A DNA stretch of 64,000 bases from Eledone cirrhosa (taxonomy: Eukaryota): positions 6,634,001-6,698,000 of the forward strand of contig OZ024751.1 in assembly GCA_964016885.1 (NCBI GenBank). The letters run 5' to 3'. The notes below the pieces were generated by a model, which was not told where the DNA came from, made no database searches, and saw only the letters and a list, made by a program, of their open reading frames with translations. The translations under genes were made by a program, and so were the position numbers. Shown one piece after another: positions 15,802 to 29,929 of this stretch (the stretch's first letter is position 1; the number at the start of each line of letters is the position of its first letter).

Positions 15802-17714
15802 TTAGGGAGAAGTGTTTAGACGGGGCCCGTATTTGTTAATAAAGTGAGATTCCTTGCTGAAGCGCTAGGTGTGGGTGGCATTATCTTTAAATTTGTAGAG
15901 GGGAAAGATTCTGAAGTTGGAATGATTTTGGGCGGCACAGGTATCAATGTGTTCACTCAGTGGTATTTTCCTGTATTCCCGTATTTTAATTTGGGATCTA
16001 TGGACAGTTGGCGGAGGCTGTTTTTGGTCTGGCCTATGTATTGTTCTCGACAACCTGAGCAAGTTAATAGATATATTAGATTTTCTGATGCGCATGTGAA
16101 ATTGTGTTTTACTATAAAACGTTGTCCTTGTTTGAAATAGAATTCCGAACCCTCTATTAGGTTGATGCATATGCCACAGTTGGGTCTATCGCATGTTTTT
16201 ACTGTGGGTTTCGTTGTTGTGGTTGGCAGTACATTGGCATGTGTTAGGATGTTTTTCATTGACTTAGATTGTTTTTTGCTCTTCATGATATCGTGTGTTC
16301 GTAAGATTTGGTTCATTCTATGGTCCTTTTTCAACACAGGGATGTTCTGGAGAATGGTGTCAAAGGCCTCATTGTTGAGGGGGTTGTGTGTGGAGATGTA
16401 TGGCAGAGCTTTCTTTCGGTTGATTTACTTTAGGGTGTCTAAGGTCCTGGGTACTGAGTTTTAGGGCACGTTGGATTCCATTGTCAATTAGTGATGCAGG
16501 GTAGTCCCTGCCTATGAGTGTGTCCTTTAGTTCTTGTAGCCGTAAGTAGCAGGTGTTTTTATTGGAGACGATAGTACAGATTCTCTTGGCTAAGTTATAG
16601 GGAATATTAATTTTAACGTGTCTAGGTTGGCAAGAGTTGAAAGGAAGATATTGCTTGGAGTCTGTGGGATTGTAGTATATGCCTGTTTCTATTTTTTTGT
16701 TATGGATCTTAATGGGGATGTCGAGAAAGGGGAATTATTGATTGCTGTATTCCACCGTGAAGTTAATATTCGTGTTGAGCCCATTTATAAGGGTGTGAAA
16801 TACTTTAAGTTTCTCGATGTTTTCGTGCCAAAGGATGAAGCAGTCATCTAGATATCGCTTCCAGTTCCTTTCTATGTGTAAGTGGAGAGTGTCTTCAAAT
16901 TTGTTTAGGACTTTAGTGTAGAGGGTGATTTCCAGGTATCCCATGACTAGGTTGGCATATGTGAGGGCTGTTTTCGTTCCCATAGCAGTCCCAGATTTCT
17001 GCCTATAGGATTTGTTATTGAAAACGAATTAATTGTTCTCCAAGATAAATTTGAGTCCCTCTATCACGAATTCTTTTTTGATGCGTTGTGGGAATTCATT
17101 GTGGTAATTATCCAGCCAGAATTGGATAGCTTCTATTCCTAGGTTGTGGGGGATGTTGGAGTATAGGTTGACTACATCGAACGTCCCTAGTAGGGTTAGT
17201 TCAGAAAGTGGCATATTAGGGAGGTGATTGAGCATATCTAGGTCGTCCCTTATATAGCTTTTGATGTGTTTGAGAAAAGGCTTGAGAAGGGTATCAATGA
17301 AGTTGCTAGGGCGGTGGGTTTCGCAAGCGGGGCCTGCTATTATAGGTCTTAATTTGAGATAATTGGGTGAGGGGACATTGATGACTATGTCTGTGGCTTC
17401 CTTGTATGCCTTACTTATTAATTCGCTTTTATGTACTTTAGGGATACCGTAGAAAAGGTTGGATTTACTTGTGAAGTCTGCGATGAAGCTGAATTCCTTG
17501 TTAGTGAGTCCTTCTTTGTATTGGTTGATCAGAGTTTTTAGGTTTCTCATAATTATCTGTTGATTGTAGTGTTCAGCCTTTTCGTAGTATGGTTCGTTTT
17601 CCAAAGTGGAGAGCTCTAAGTTGATATAGAATTCTGTCTCCATTAGGACTACTGTACTCCGATTATCAGCCTCTTTAATTGTAATGGTTCTGTCGGTTTT
17701 TAATCTATTTAGTT

Positions 17715-17716
<2 letters not shown>
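15802..17716 (-). pseudogene. Frameshifted PLE polyprotein: RT + Zn finger + GIY-YIG endonuclease
   Basis: FYGIPKVHK, LRPII, TFDVVNLYSNIP, MGTKTALTYANL, WKRYLDD, CDRPNCGIC, LIYLLTCSGCREQYIGQT. Confidence 0.95.
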
Positions 17717-17748
<32 letters not shown>

Positions 17749-17757
<9 letters not shown>

Positions 17758-18054
17758 AGTCCCTCATCAGTGATTTGCCAACGATCATAGATATTTCATT
17801 GCATTAAAAATCATATACCTCACGTTGGTGCAATAATAACTAAATTAAGTTATTAGGACAATTAAAACGCGTAAAGCGAGTGAGACAAGTAAACAACAAA
17901 GCGGAAAGCTAAACTTGTCTCACTCGCTTTACGCGTTTTAATTGTCCTAATAACTTAATTTAGTTATTATTGCACCAACGTGAGGTATATGATTTTTAAT
18001 GCAATGAAATATCTATGATCGTTGGCAAATCACTGATGAGGGACTCATTTTATA
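17749..18054. repeat. Apparently perfect fold-back, ~140-bp arms, 22-nt spacer
   Basis: tgagacaagt [17891-17912] acttgtctca; a non-folded homolog is at ~24990-25160. Confidence 0.95.
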
Positions 18055-18097
18055 ACATGTTATCCATGTGCAACCTGCAGTATTCTTCTCCCCATTT

Positions 18098-18151
<54 letters not shown>

Positions 18152-18155
<4 letters not shown>

Positions 18156-18247
18156 GTTTCTACTTTTTGGCACAATGCCACCAATTAACCAGTACATTAC
18201 TGGTACTTTATTTTATCGACCCCGTAAGGATGAAAGGCAAAGTTAAC
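18152..18247 (-). mobile_element. SINE S1 fragment
   Basis: ctggtactttattttatcgaccccgtaaggatgaaaggcaaagttaac. Confidence 0.8.
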
Positions 18248-18410
18248 TCTATGCGTCAAAGCATGGCGTCTGACCCTCTACCATACTGCCAATTCAGACT
18301 ATAGTTAGCACCCCGAACGTTTAATTAGGAATATACCCCGGTATTTCCTAATGTTTGTTGAGTGAGTTGGAAATTGGTCGGAGTATCGCTAATAGCTTTC
18401 TCCGTTTACG

Positions 18411-18456
<46 letters not shown>

Positions 18457-18605
18457 TACTGAAGTATCCGTTGAAAATTGAAAAAGTCATAGGAGTGAAG
18501 AGTGCTCTATGTAAGTACCAGAGCAAAATTTAATGTACATTATATATATATACATATTAGATTATATAAGTATATCTTTCTAACGACTCCATCTGTGTGT
18601 ATATA

Positions 18606-18720
<115 letters not shown>

Positions 18721-18731
18721 AATATATATAT

Positions 18732-19060
18732 ATTGTTATACTTTGGGAGGGTCATGTTGCCAATAAGAACAAAGAAGGGGCACAAAAACAAAGAAAAGAA
18801 TCCCCACTCATTGAAGAGGTCACAAAATGTATGACGAAAGAACTTTTGACAATATACGAACACTCGTCTGGTTGTGGAACCAACCAACCGGAAATTTATA
18901 AATTCCTAAATTTATAAATTTAATTTGTAATAAATTGAAGTGAAAGCAACTGGTGCATGTGTTTCTTATTGGCAACATGACCCTCCCAAAGTATAACAAT
19001 ATCGGTTTCAACACACGTTTTCTGATAAAGAATCTTGCTAAACAAATTCAGAAACGAAAT
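18732..19060. mobile_element. PLE family P3 3' end with a short inverted terminal copy; degenerate HHR at 18807-18850 (+)
   Basis: Matches 41980-42210 and 58340-58572; TTGAAGA-G-GTCACA...ATGAC-GAAAG AA CTT-TTGAC. Confidence 0.8.
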
Positions 19061-19356
19061 ATATATATATATGAGTGCGTGTGTGAGTGTGTGAGTGTGT
19101 GCGTGCGTGTGGGAGAGAGAGTGTGTGTGTGTACATATACGCATCAATGTTTAATATGTTTGTATCATTTAACTGTAGGTATCATATGAAATTATATATA
19201 GCAAGGTTTCATTTTGAGAGGTATTTGTTTCCTCTATATCGTAATTGAGTAAAGTAGAATAGTTTACTCTTACACTTTGTTATATTGTTATATACAAATG
19301 GTAGATTTCATCGTGTAGAGGAAAATTGATAAAACATCACGTAAAAAAAAAAGAAA

Positions 19357-19410
<54 letters not shown>

Positions 19411-19633
19411 AAGTGTCTAGTACGATGAATACAATGGAAAAGCATGCCTATATGCTATGTCTTATTACTATATGTATTGTTCTATATTTGAACATAAGTC
19501 GGCATGGAAGATATTCATCTTAACATCGTTGATGGCCATGAAGTTAAACAAAAATATATATATACTGAACGTGGAACATATATGTAGACACAAGCACTGT
19601 CCATACCCGGCATACACACACACACACACACAT

Positions 19634-19709
<76 letters not shown>

Positions 19710-19879
19710 CATACATGCATGGAAGGACCCATTGGTCACTAATGGCCATGGTTTTGCACCGAAAAAAGCTTTCCTCCGTGTCACAAGCCTGGACAATGTT
19801 TGTTCGTGGAAAACCAGCGGTCACCCAAGCAGCGTAGTCTCCCCTCTCCCCGCCATCAATGTTGTCCAGTGGAAAAGCA

Positions 19880-20062
19880 ATGGCTGATACAGCTTGGCAC
19901 CTGTGCCGTCGCAACTCATTTCGACAGTTGAGTAAACTGGAGCAACGTGAAATAAAGTGTCTTGCTCAAGGACAAAACGCATATCCCTCCCCCAAAATCG
20001 AACTCATTACAACCTCACATTTGCAAGCCCAAAGCTCTAACAATTAGGCCGTGCACCTTCAC
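19880..20062 (-). mobile_element. CORE-type tRNA-derived SINE (family S2)
   Basis: gtgaaataaagtgtcttgctcaaggaca resembles the reverse complement of the MIR/CORE domain; B box-like gagttcgatt on the minus strand. Confidence 0.65.
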
Positions 20063-20247
20063 ATCCACACACACATACACACATACATATTCTACCCTGA
20101 ATATGCCTTCACATTCATACCTGTGATTATATGTTACTAATTCAGATTCATACCTCTGGTATATGTTATTAATTGCTTCAGTACACATAAACGTCTGGAG
20201 ACATGCATATATATTTACTTGGTGATGTCTAAATTTGTCTGTTAGAA

Positions 20248-20312
<65 letters not shown>

Positions 20313-21086
20313 CACACACACACACACACACACACTTTCTCCCTCTCTCTCACTATATATATATATATATATATAAATATATATGAATTATAGAGCCCTC
20401 TGCCGCTCATCTCGAATTTTGTTTATCGTGAACTCGTGCGCCGATTTTTCGATACTCGATTATTCTACTATATATATATATATATAGGTAAATATTCATA
20501 AAACAATGAAACTAGAAGAAAATACATATATTTATATGCATATACATATACATATGTGTGTGTGTGTGTGTGTGCCTTTGAGACTGTGTGTGTCTGTTTT
20601 TACATAATTCTTTTGTATATAACATATTTTAAAGAGTTTGCCTTCTGCAGGAAATCTCACGTTCATTTTAAGCAGGTGACATTCGAATATGAATTAATCT
20701 GAAGCAAAATCCAGCTATTTCCTGACTGTAAATCTGTACATATATTCGATGCTGTTACTATTCTTGTTCTATAGTCTAACACATGAAGTCTATCCTTCAT
20801 GTGGTTCACCAGGTTTAGAGACAATAATTACAGATGCTACTTCCTGCCAATGATTTGTGAGTTATTTGAAGATAGAATATCAATGAAATCGTGTCTTCGG
20901 AAAAAAATATAGTCGTGTTGTTGATTATGCGATCATGTAATCCTATATATATGTGTGCGTAGGAATACACACTCACATTATATATATATTCCTACACACA
21001 TACATATATATATATATATATACATATATATGTATATATATATATACACACACACATTACACATATATATGTATGTATACACATAC

Positions 21087-21164
<78 letters not shown>

Positions 21165-21166
<2 letters not shown>

Positions 21167-21294
21167 AATAGAATGAAACGAAATTTCATTTCTGACTCTT
21201 AGTACGGCACTTTTAAATGTAAGTATGTATGTGTGTATACGTACATACATATATTTATACAGACGTACAGTAGTATGTATATATATACATACAT

Positions 21295-21328
<34 letters not shown>

Positions 21329-22140
21329 GCACGGTTTGTTTGTTTGTAAACAACCAATCAGCCCGAATTACGCCGTACAGTGTTTAGGCCGACTGATCTC
21401 ACTCGATATGCAAATTAGGCTGCTCAGCCGTTAATATGCATAAGGAAAGTATATACTTTCAGACGTTCAACCATCTGGTAGGAAGGTATACGATGCTGAC
21501 AATAGCTAATAAGCTTGAAACTAGTACATCGTACCTGTGTCAGTGTTGAACAAAAAGGTGACGTGGTTGCCTAAACACTGTACGGCGTAATTCGAGTTGT
21601 TTGTTTGTTTACTAACAAACGAACCGAGCATTATAATAAATGTTCGGTAAACCGATACATGCATATGTATATGTGTGCATGTATGTATATATATACATAC
21701 TACTGTACGGCTGTATACATATATGTATGTACGTATACATACATACATACTTACATTTAAGTAAGTGCCGTACTAAGAGTGAGAAATGAAATTTCTTTTC
21801 ATTCTATTCCATTTATCGTTTTCGGTGTGCCTGGCCGACTGAACTCACTCGATATGCAAATTAGGCTGTTCAGCCGTTAATACGCATAAGGAAAGTATAT
21901 ACTTTCAGACGTTCAACCATCTGCCAGGGAGGTATGCGATGCTGACTATAGCTAATAAGCTTGAAACTAGTACATCGTTCCAGTGTCAGTGTTGAACAAA
22001 AAGTTGACGTGGTTGCCTAAACACTGTAAGGCGTAATTCGGGCTGTTTGTTTGTTTACAAACAAACAGTGTATATATATACATACTACTGTACGTCTGTA
22101 TACATACATGTATGTACGTATACATACATACATATTTACA
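21165..22140 (+). repeat. Tandem ~446-bp HHR family B units (HHRs at 21491-21531 and 21937-21977), with an inverted segment at the left end
   Basis: CGATG-CTGAC(A/T)A-TAGC taataa GCTT-GAAAC TA GTA-CATCG repeated 446 bp apart. Confidence 0.85.
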
Positions 22141-22149
22141 TATATATAT

Positions 22150-22480
22150 GTTGGTAAACGGAATAGAAAATGCTAACAAATTGTTCACAGTGAAAAATAG
22201 TTTAATTAGGAATAAGTGAGAATTAGTAATAGTATTGGTTAGTATTCAGTTTTGGTTTTTAGTTTTACCGGTTGCGCATTTCTAATGCTTTTCAAAAATA
22301 ATTTTGAGATAGAGCGTCCGTGATGTTTGCTCTGATCTGATTAGTTTTGGGAATTCTACCTGTTTTTATGTTAAAAAAGTGACTCCAGCGGTATTATAAT
22401 ATCTTTTAACATGTTAAAATATCCCACACACACTTACAGACACATTCCTACTGACCATCCCTCTACCACAAATTACTCTG

Positions 22481-22526
<46 letters not shown>

Positions 22527-23045
22527 ACTTGTCTTACTAGGCATTTGAACTGTCAACAGGCTGCGGGTCGCACACATATCCCTGCTGACCATTATCACAA
22601 CAACGAACCTCTTTACTACTACTACTACACACACACACCCACATATTTGTTGTGAAAGACTTAATTCTCAGTCAACCGACACAAACCTACATTTGGAGCA
22701 AAATCAATGTTTTACATTCACATGACCTCTACCGACCAATCAAAATTGTTTTGACCACAAGAATTTTTGCAACACGAATTGGCGCAAAACTTATTTTAAT
22801 ACCGCTGGAGCCACTTTTTTTAACATAAAAACATGTAGAATTCCCAAAACTAATCAGATCAGAGCAAACATCACGGACGCTCTATCTCAAAATTATTTTT
22901 GAAAAGCATTAGAAATGCGCAACCGGTAAAACTAAAAACCAAAACTGAATACTAACCAATACTATTACTAATTCCCACTTATTCCTAATTAAACTATTTT
23001 TCACTGTGAACAATTTGTCAGTATTTTGTATTCCGTTTACCGATA
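22150..23045. mobile_element. Solo P1 3' UTR with inverted duplication (arms ~22150-22400 / 22795-23043)
   Basis: Homologous to 14560-15200; ggtaaacggaat...ccagcggtatt is mirrored. Confidence 0.85.
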
Positions 23046-23078
23046 TATCATAACTTGTGTGTTAAACCTCTATTCTTT

Positions 23079-23167
<89 letters not shown>

Positions 23168-23685
23168 GTATATAGATATACATATATATATATATTAATA
23201 GATGCATATACACCATGCTTATTTCTGTGAGTGTGTGTGTGTGGGTTTCTGCGTGTGTCAATCGAAATGTATATTATATATGAATTTATATCAGTATATG
23301 CTGTATGTCCGTATGTATTGATATCTTCCAACATATATCAGCAATGTATGGTAGGACATTGTGTGATATGGTATGAGCATGTCAGCATCTATTTATTAAT
23401 TACTTGAGATTTACAAGATCGTTTGGACAAAGGCCAACTGTAATGTATATATACGTAAACCGTCCTATTAATGACGAGTTACCATTTAAACCTACACTCA
23501 TCGAAGATAAATGACCGGAGTCAAACATCTACTTGCACATACACACACATATATATGCATATGCATATCAATATGTGTGTCTGTGTGTGCGTATATATAT
23601 ATATATATATAATATAGAGGTTATGGTGATTGGGGGAAGAAATACTGTATATATTGAAGCAAAAGATTCTATGTACTTACTTTCT

Positions 23686-23723
<38 letters not shown>

Positions 23724-23981
23724 CGATATCTATATCTATATGTGTGTGTGGGTGTTAGTGCGTGTAAAAGGTAAACACAAATAACAACACAATTGGTACA
23801 GTATATCGAAGGAATATATTAGGTTAACTCTTGAAATAGCAGGAAGAATGTCTTAAGGTTTACACACTAGACCATCATCGGAGAAAAATGAGAAATAAGA
23901 TATATTGAGGGCACGGGTGGGGTGGAATCGGAAAAAGGCTCTTTAGATAAAAATAACAGGTCCATTCATATTGACATTTCT

Positions 23982-24039
<58 letters not shown>

Positions 24040-24081
24040 TAAAATAACAGATTAAAGTTTAGTCTTCAATTTCATTATTAT

Positions 24082-24116
<35 letters not shown>

Positions 24117-24155
24117 ATATATATATTGTAAATATATGTTGTATATATATTGTAT

Positions 24156-24191
<36 letters not shown>

Positions 24192-24436
24192 ATGATTATG
24201 TCATTTATTTTGTCTGACCTGTTTAACTTGACTTGTTTTTTGGCTTAGGTGGTTAATGCCTTCTTGACCACCTTCTCAGTTTGTATGGCGTTTGTAATCT
24301 TTGTTTATAGCTCTGTTTTTTTTTTTAGACATTAGAGCGCTTGCTAGCATGACTCTGAATTTGCGTTACGTTTCGCTTTTTCTACCCGCCCAAATGCGAT
24401 TCTCGCTGAATATATATTTATATATATATATATATA

Positions 24437-24813
24437 TACAATATTAAATAAATGGAAAACTATATTTATAAAACCATATTTATTTCATTATATATATTTC
24501 GGGGATATCATATTAACAATATGTTATGCCTTCATCAGACAAAATACAATATAAACAGTTTTATAGATAAATATATTCGACATACCGTAATAAACATCAA
24601 CTTCATTTGAAGAGGTTTACACTGCTAGAGTAAACCTCTTCAAATGAAGTTGATGTTTATTACGGTATGTCGAATATATTTATCTATAAAACTGTTTATA
24701 TTGTATTTTGTCTGATGAAGGCATAACATATTGTTAATATGATATCCCCGAAATATATATAATGAAATAAATATGGTTTTATAAATATAGTTTTCCATTT
24801 ATTTAATATTGTA
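24437..24813. repeat. Apparently perfect fold-back (~184-bp arms, 9-nt spacer) with HHR family D on both strands (24481-24546 -, 24704-24769 +)
   Basis: gaggtttac actgctaga gtaaacctc; TATTTTGT-CTGATGA-AGG...CCC-GAAAT ATAT ATA-ATGAAATA. Confidence 0.95.
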
Positions 24814-24897
24814 AATATACTCCAAATATTTGTCGAGTGCTTTTATATCAGTTATAAATATTTACTAGTTGTAACCCAACAATTTTAAATATAACTT

Positions 24898-24945
<48 letters not shown>

Positions 24946-25259
24946 AAAAACATGGGGAGAAGAATACAGCATGGTTGCACATGGATTACATATTATAAAA
25001 TTAGTCCCTTATCAGTGATTTGCCAACGATCATTGGTATTTCATCGCATTAAAAATCATATCCTCAGGTTGGTGCGAGCAATAACTAAAATAAGCTATTG
25101 AGATAAGTGAAACGCGTAAAGCGAGTGAGACAAGTAAACAACATAGGATGAAAAGCTAACCGAAGATGGGAAGAAAAACAAGCAGCATGGTTATCGGATC
25201 AGCATAAGCTGGGTGAATATCATGAGCGCTCAGGATTATATATATATATATATATAAAT

Positions 25260-25487
25260 ATATCCATAAGGATCTCCCGACTGTCGTCTAATTTGCAGAC
25301 CTTCAACGAGCATGCTGAATATTATAATGACGCACTTAGAAAAGCTGGTTACTGCGAGAAAATAGAATATCTAGACGATAACCACATAAGTACTATGAAT
25401 AAAACACACCTAAGTCGAACTAGTATTGCACCACACACACACATCAATAGGCATACTAATAGGTGCAAACCAGCAAATAGGGTCTGA
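25260..25487 (+). pseudogene. PLE RT thumb fragment (Naiad-type)
   Basis: ISRLSSNLQTFNEHAEYYNDALRKAGY aligns with ISNISSNKAIFDRAAPYYNMVLANSGF of the 38567 ORF. Confidence 0.75.
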
Positions 25488-25822
25488 CGTAGAGAGTACT
25501 TTTTTTTCTGAACCCTTTTAGAAATAATCTGCTACTATAATAGCCCTAATAATCTGTCTGTGACACTGTACCACTTTGACCCCTTTAACTAAATTTTGTC
25601 CGAACAACACCACTAGAAGAATTTACTTCCCCGCCAACCCTAACACGCCTCATTAAGCTAACTGCTGCCAAAACATTCTCTCCTCGCAATTTCTATTAGT
25701 CTGACAGTCTTAAATCCTAAGACTCCCTCCACCTTACTCACTTCCCTCTTCCCCTTCTCTTCCAACCTCCTTCTTTAACTTTTATCTAGTGTATACAATA
25801 TTTTCATATCATTACAATACAA

Positions 25823-25937
25823 AGGTCTGATGACATGGTGTGTTTGCTTACAGTGTACCTTCGGTTTATGATAATATTTATATTATTCAAATAGCGAGGT
25901 ATAGGTAACCCATACACTATAGAAACAATTGTTACCT
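25823..25937 (+). ncRNA. HHR with ~88-nt rod-like stem II, family I
   Basis: AGGT-CTGATGA-C ATGGTGTGT...ATACACTAT A-GAAAC AATT GTT-ACCT-AATAAA. Confidence 0.8.
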
Positions 25938-25980
25938 AATAAATTCTATATACCCGCATTTCCATTTCGTAAACTTCTTC

Positions 25981-26016
<36 letters not shown>

Positions 26017-26290
26017 AGGTGTAAATCGAAGTTTTAACAGCAAGTAATATTCGATTTGTTTTAGGCAATCTCAAAGCACACAAACGATCGAAATTTGAGA
26101 ACATTTGTTTCAGAGTAAAACACAATGGTTTTAAAGTGTGACACCAAAAACACCGACCTAAGACACCATCCATCTAGAAGAATTTGGTCAAGTACGCCCT
26201 ACGTGTTTGTTATATATAAAGTCACTAAGCGCAGGAACCATAAAATCACTAGAAAAATCTATTAAATTCATGGCATTATTTAGTTGGGTG

Positions 26291-26510
26291 AAGCGTGGTG
26301 GATTGGCAGTGTGAGTAGAGAGTCGGACACTATGCTTTGCAACATAGCGTTACGGACCTTTACGGTCTGAGTTCAAATCCCGCCGAGGTTAACTTTGCCT
26401 TTCATCCTTACGGGGTCGATGAAATAAAGTACCAGTCACGCACTGGGGTCGATGTAATCGACTTTCTCCTCCCCCAAAATTTCTGGCCTTGTGCCTATAC
26501 AAGAAACCAT
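26291..26510 (+). mobile_element. SINE S1
   Basis: A/B boxes and central domain. Confidence 0.9.
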
Positions 26511-27443
26511 TATTTAGTTGAGTGCATATGCAATCTGAGTTCAAATCTTGTTAATGTTTTTACTCTTTTTAAAGTGACATCTACAGGGGTCGGCTTAGCT
26601 TTAGTGTGTTCTTCCTCTGAAAATTAGAGTTATCTACCTCTACTACTATTCATTTCAATTGTTATAATAATGAAATTAATGTTAACATTTAAAGAATTGA
26701 TATAGTTATAAAAATAATCCACTATTTCTGAATTTTTGACTGTGTTTAAAATGGCAGAAATTATTCGATACCAACCTTTTGGCCGGTACAGTGAGCCAGA
26801 GGCTAAGTTAGTTAGAAGTGGCTTTATCATTTACATACGTAATTGTTTCTGCATTCATATACTTATCTTGGTTTTATAAAATTAACATAAAGTACTAGGG
26901 TTGATATAATCAACTCTGCTCACTCAAAAAACACAATAGTAATATACATCACGTCAAATTATTTTCTGTTGTATTTAACAGGTATTTTATATGTACAAAC
27001 TCAATAATTTTTAAGTGATTTAAAACAAGAGAGCTAATTTTATAAAATGTGGTCATTTAACTTTAACCAGTCAGTTGTTTAAGAATCGTTATTGTCTTCC
27101 ATTCTCGGATAATACGACTCATACGATGTACATCAATTTAATTCCAAAAGTTAATGCTAGAACATTTCTACAAATCCTTAGCTGCCTGGCTTTATGCTAA
27201 ATGGAAATCACGGGTTAAATACAGCATGTTTACATTACTTGGAAATTATTGGACACGAGCATTTGGGGATTTCACATCACAGATCTATAAAGCAGGTAAA
27301 GAATGAAGTTTAGAATTGTTATGTTCGTGCCGTGGCATACGAATAGGTTAATGGCTGGTAGGTGTTTATCTGATTAGACATAACGGCACCGGACACCGAT
27401 GGAAACGCACTTGGAGGCTAATATAAATATATAAATGAATTGG

Positions 27444-27503
<60 letters not shown>

Positions 27504-27642
27504 ATTTAAAAGTTAAACAAGGTTCAATGAATACATCAAAGAATGAATTTTACAATATATATTATTACAATAGATATTATTTAAAATATGTATTATAAAA
27601 TATAATTGATCACAAGAATATCTATTTTGTTAATAATTTGAA

Positions 27643-27697
<55 letters not shown>

Positions 27698-28206
27698 CTA
27701 ATATATATATATATATATATATGTCACATACACACATAACTATCAATGTGTGTATGTGTGTATATCATTAATATATATATATATACATATATATATCACA
27801 TACACATATACCTATGTATATGTGTGAGTGTCTTATTATTACTATAAATATATATATACAGATAAAAAGTAGTAAATGGAGTAAGCGATAACGTCAGCCA
27901 CTCAATCTTAGTCACGCGATCTCTATCTAGCTATCTATTTACCTATCTATGTACACTCAACTGCAGCTGAAGGATGTTTACATACACTAGTAGGTGATAC
28001 TTAACCGATAGTAATTTGTTTTAAAATATTTACAGATATCAATGATAGACACCTAAATATAAATCCAGTGCCGAGTGATTTGAATTCTTATTAATTTTAA
28101 GTCATTGCATGGCAAGTGATAGCAATCATTTCGTCAACACCTAAAACCATGGTAACACAAAAATGACATGGAAAACTTGTAATGTTGTAAAATGTTGTCG
28201 TTTGAA

Positions 28207-28395
28207 AGATTGGCAGTATCGATAGAGGGTCGGACGCCATGCTTTGACGCATTGAGTTACGGCCCTTGCCATTCTGAATTCAAATCCCGCCGAGGTTAAC
28301 TTTGCCTTTCATCCTTACGGGGTCGATGAAATAAAGTACCAGTAATACACAGGGTTATTGCTGGCCTTGTGCCAAAAGTAGAAACAATTATTATA
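28207..28395 (+). mobile_element. SINE S1
   Basis: A/B boxes and central domain. Confidence 0.9.
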
Positions 28396-28614
28396 TTTAT
28401 TCAAAACACATCATCATTGCAACTAAACTATCCAACAATACATATCCACAGACACACACACAGATACATATATATATATATATATGTATGCATACAAACA
28501 TACACACACACACATACTTATATGCATGCATACAAACTCACACACAACACACACATTTATATGTATATGTATATACACATATATACAGATGTGTATACAC
28601 AAACACACCCGTAC

Positions 28615-28690
<76 letters not shown>

Positions 28691-28831
28691 ACAAGAGCAA
28701 CATTTCATTCTTTGTTTAAAGTTTAATCTGTTATTTTAAAATATATTCTCTAGGGTTCTTATATATTTGATATATATTTCTCCCTATCGAGCCCTCTTTG
28801 TATTTTAGTTTTCGCATTTATTATTATTACT

Positions 28832-29015
28832 ATGGCAGTATCGGTAGAGGGTCGGACGCCATGCTTTCCAGCATAGTTACGTCCCTTTACGATCTGAGTT
28901 CAAATCCCGCCGAGGTTGACTTTGCCTTTCATCCTTACGGGGTCGATAAAATAACGTACCAGTAATGCACTGGGTAATTGCTGGCCTTGTGCCTAAAGTA
29001 GAAACAATTATTATT
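28832..29015 (+). mobile_element. SINE S1
   Basis: A/B boxes and central domain. Confidence 0.9.
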
Positions 29016-29017
29016 AC

Positions 29018-29059
<42 letters not shown>

Positions 29060-29612
29060 AGATACAAATTTGGCTGTATGGTGCTGTGCTTTCTAGCAAA
29101 AATGCCACCAGTCGTAAGCAACTACCACACCCTTCCAACTTGACCGCGACTGCGTCACGATTTTTAGCCATTTTGAAATGAATTCTTGGCGCGATCGTTT
29201 TGGAAAATTTAATGTCTAGATATGAACGAGCTTCCTGAAGAATCCGGCGCTCGAGTTTATATAATTATTACATAATTATTGGAAAACTCAAAACACGGAC
29301 GAAACCATGGTAGAGGTATTTAAATGTATTCTATTTTCTCCTAGTTTATTTTAAACCTAACTCTGCTTAGTTGACTGTATCTAGGCGATTACGCTGACGA
29401 AATATTCGATAACTATTCCACTACGGCCGACGCGAAGCGCTAGTTTTGGTTATTTGTTGGAGATTCCTTCATAGAAGCCTCATTCGTATAGCCTGGTCTA
29501 TTCGATTTTTTATATAGTTAATTATGCTAATTGGGAGAGGAAATAGTATATATTTTATCTTGTGATTCTATAGACATGTTTTATGATATATATATATATA
29601 TGTATATACCTC

Positions 29613-29653
<41 letters not shown>

Positions 29654-29655
29654 CA

Positions 29656-29704
<49 letters not shown>

Positions 29705-29929
29705 TTTGACCCGTTTAGCTTGTTCGCTTTTTTGGCTCTGGTGGTTAATGGCTTCTTAACCATCGTCTCAGTTTGTATGACCTTTTTAACTTATGTTTAT
29801 AGCTCTGGTATCTTCATATCCATGGAACGCTTGTCTACACAATATGGAAGTTGCGTTTCGCTAATTTCTTCCCGCCGAAATGCGATTCTCGCTAAATTTA
29901 TATTTATATATTTATATATATATATATAT

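Larger units (their letters stand above)
14560..17716 (-). mobile_element. 5'-truncated Penelope-like element (family P1) with a long microsatellite-rich 3' UTR, bounded by (TA)n
   Basis: Contiguous RT and GIY-YIG fragments; the 3' UTR is homologous to 22150-23045 and 33040-33170 and carries an HHR-like motif. Confidence 0.85.

Noticed and set aside
18032-18100. CTGATGAGGGA as an HHR 5' core (also 17760 on the minus strand)
   Set aside because: No GAAA or stem III at a compatible position; the opposite-strand GAAACGCGTA (25109) lacks a clear core.
26291-26390. tRNA gene
   Set aside because: A/B boxes belong to a multicopy SINE head with no full cloverleaf.
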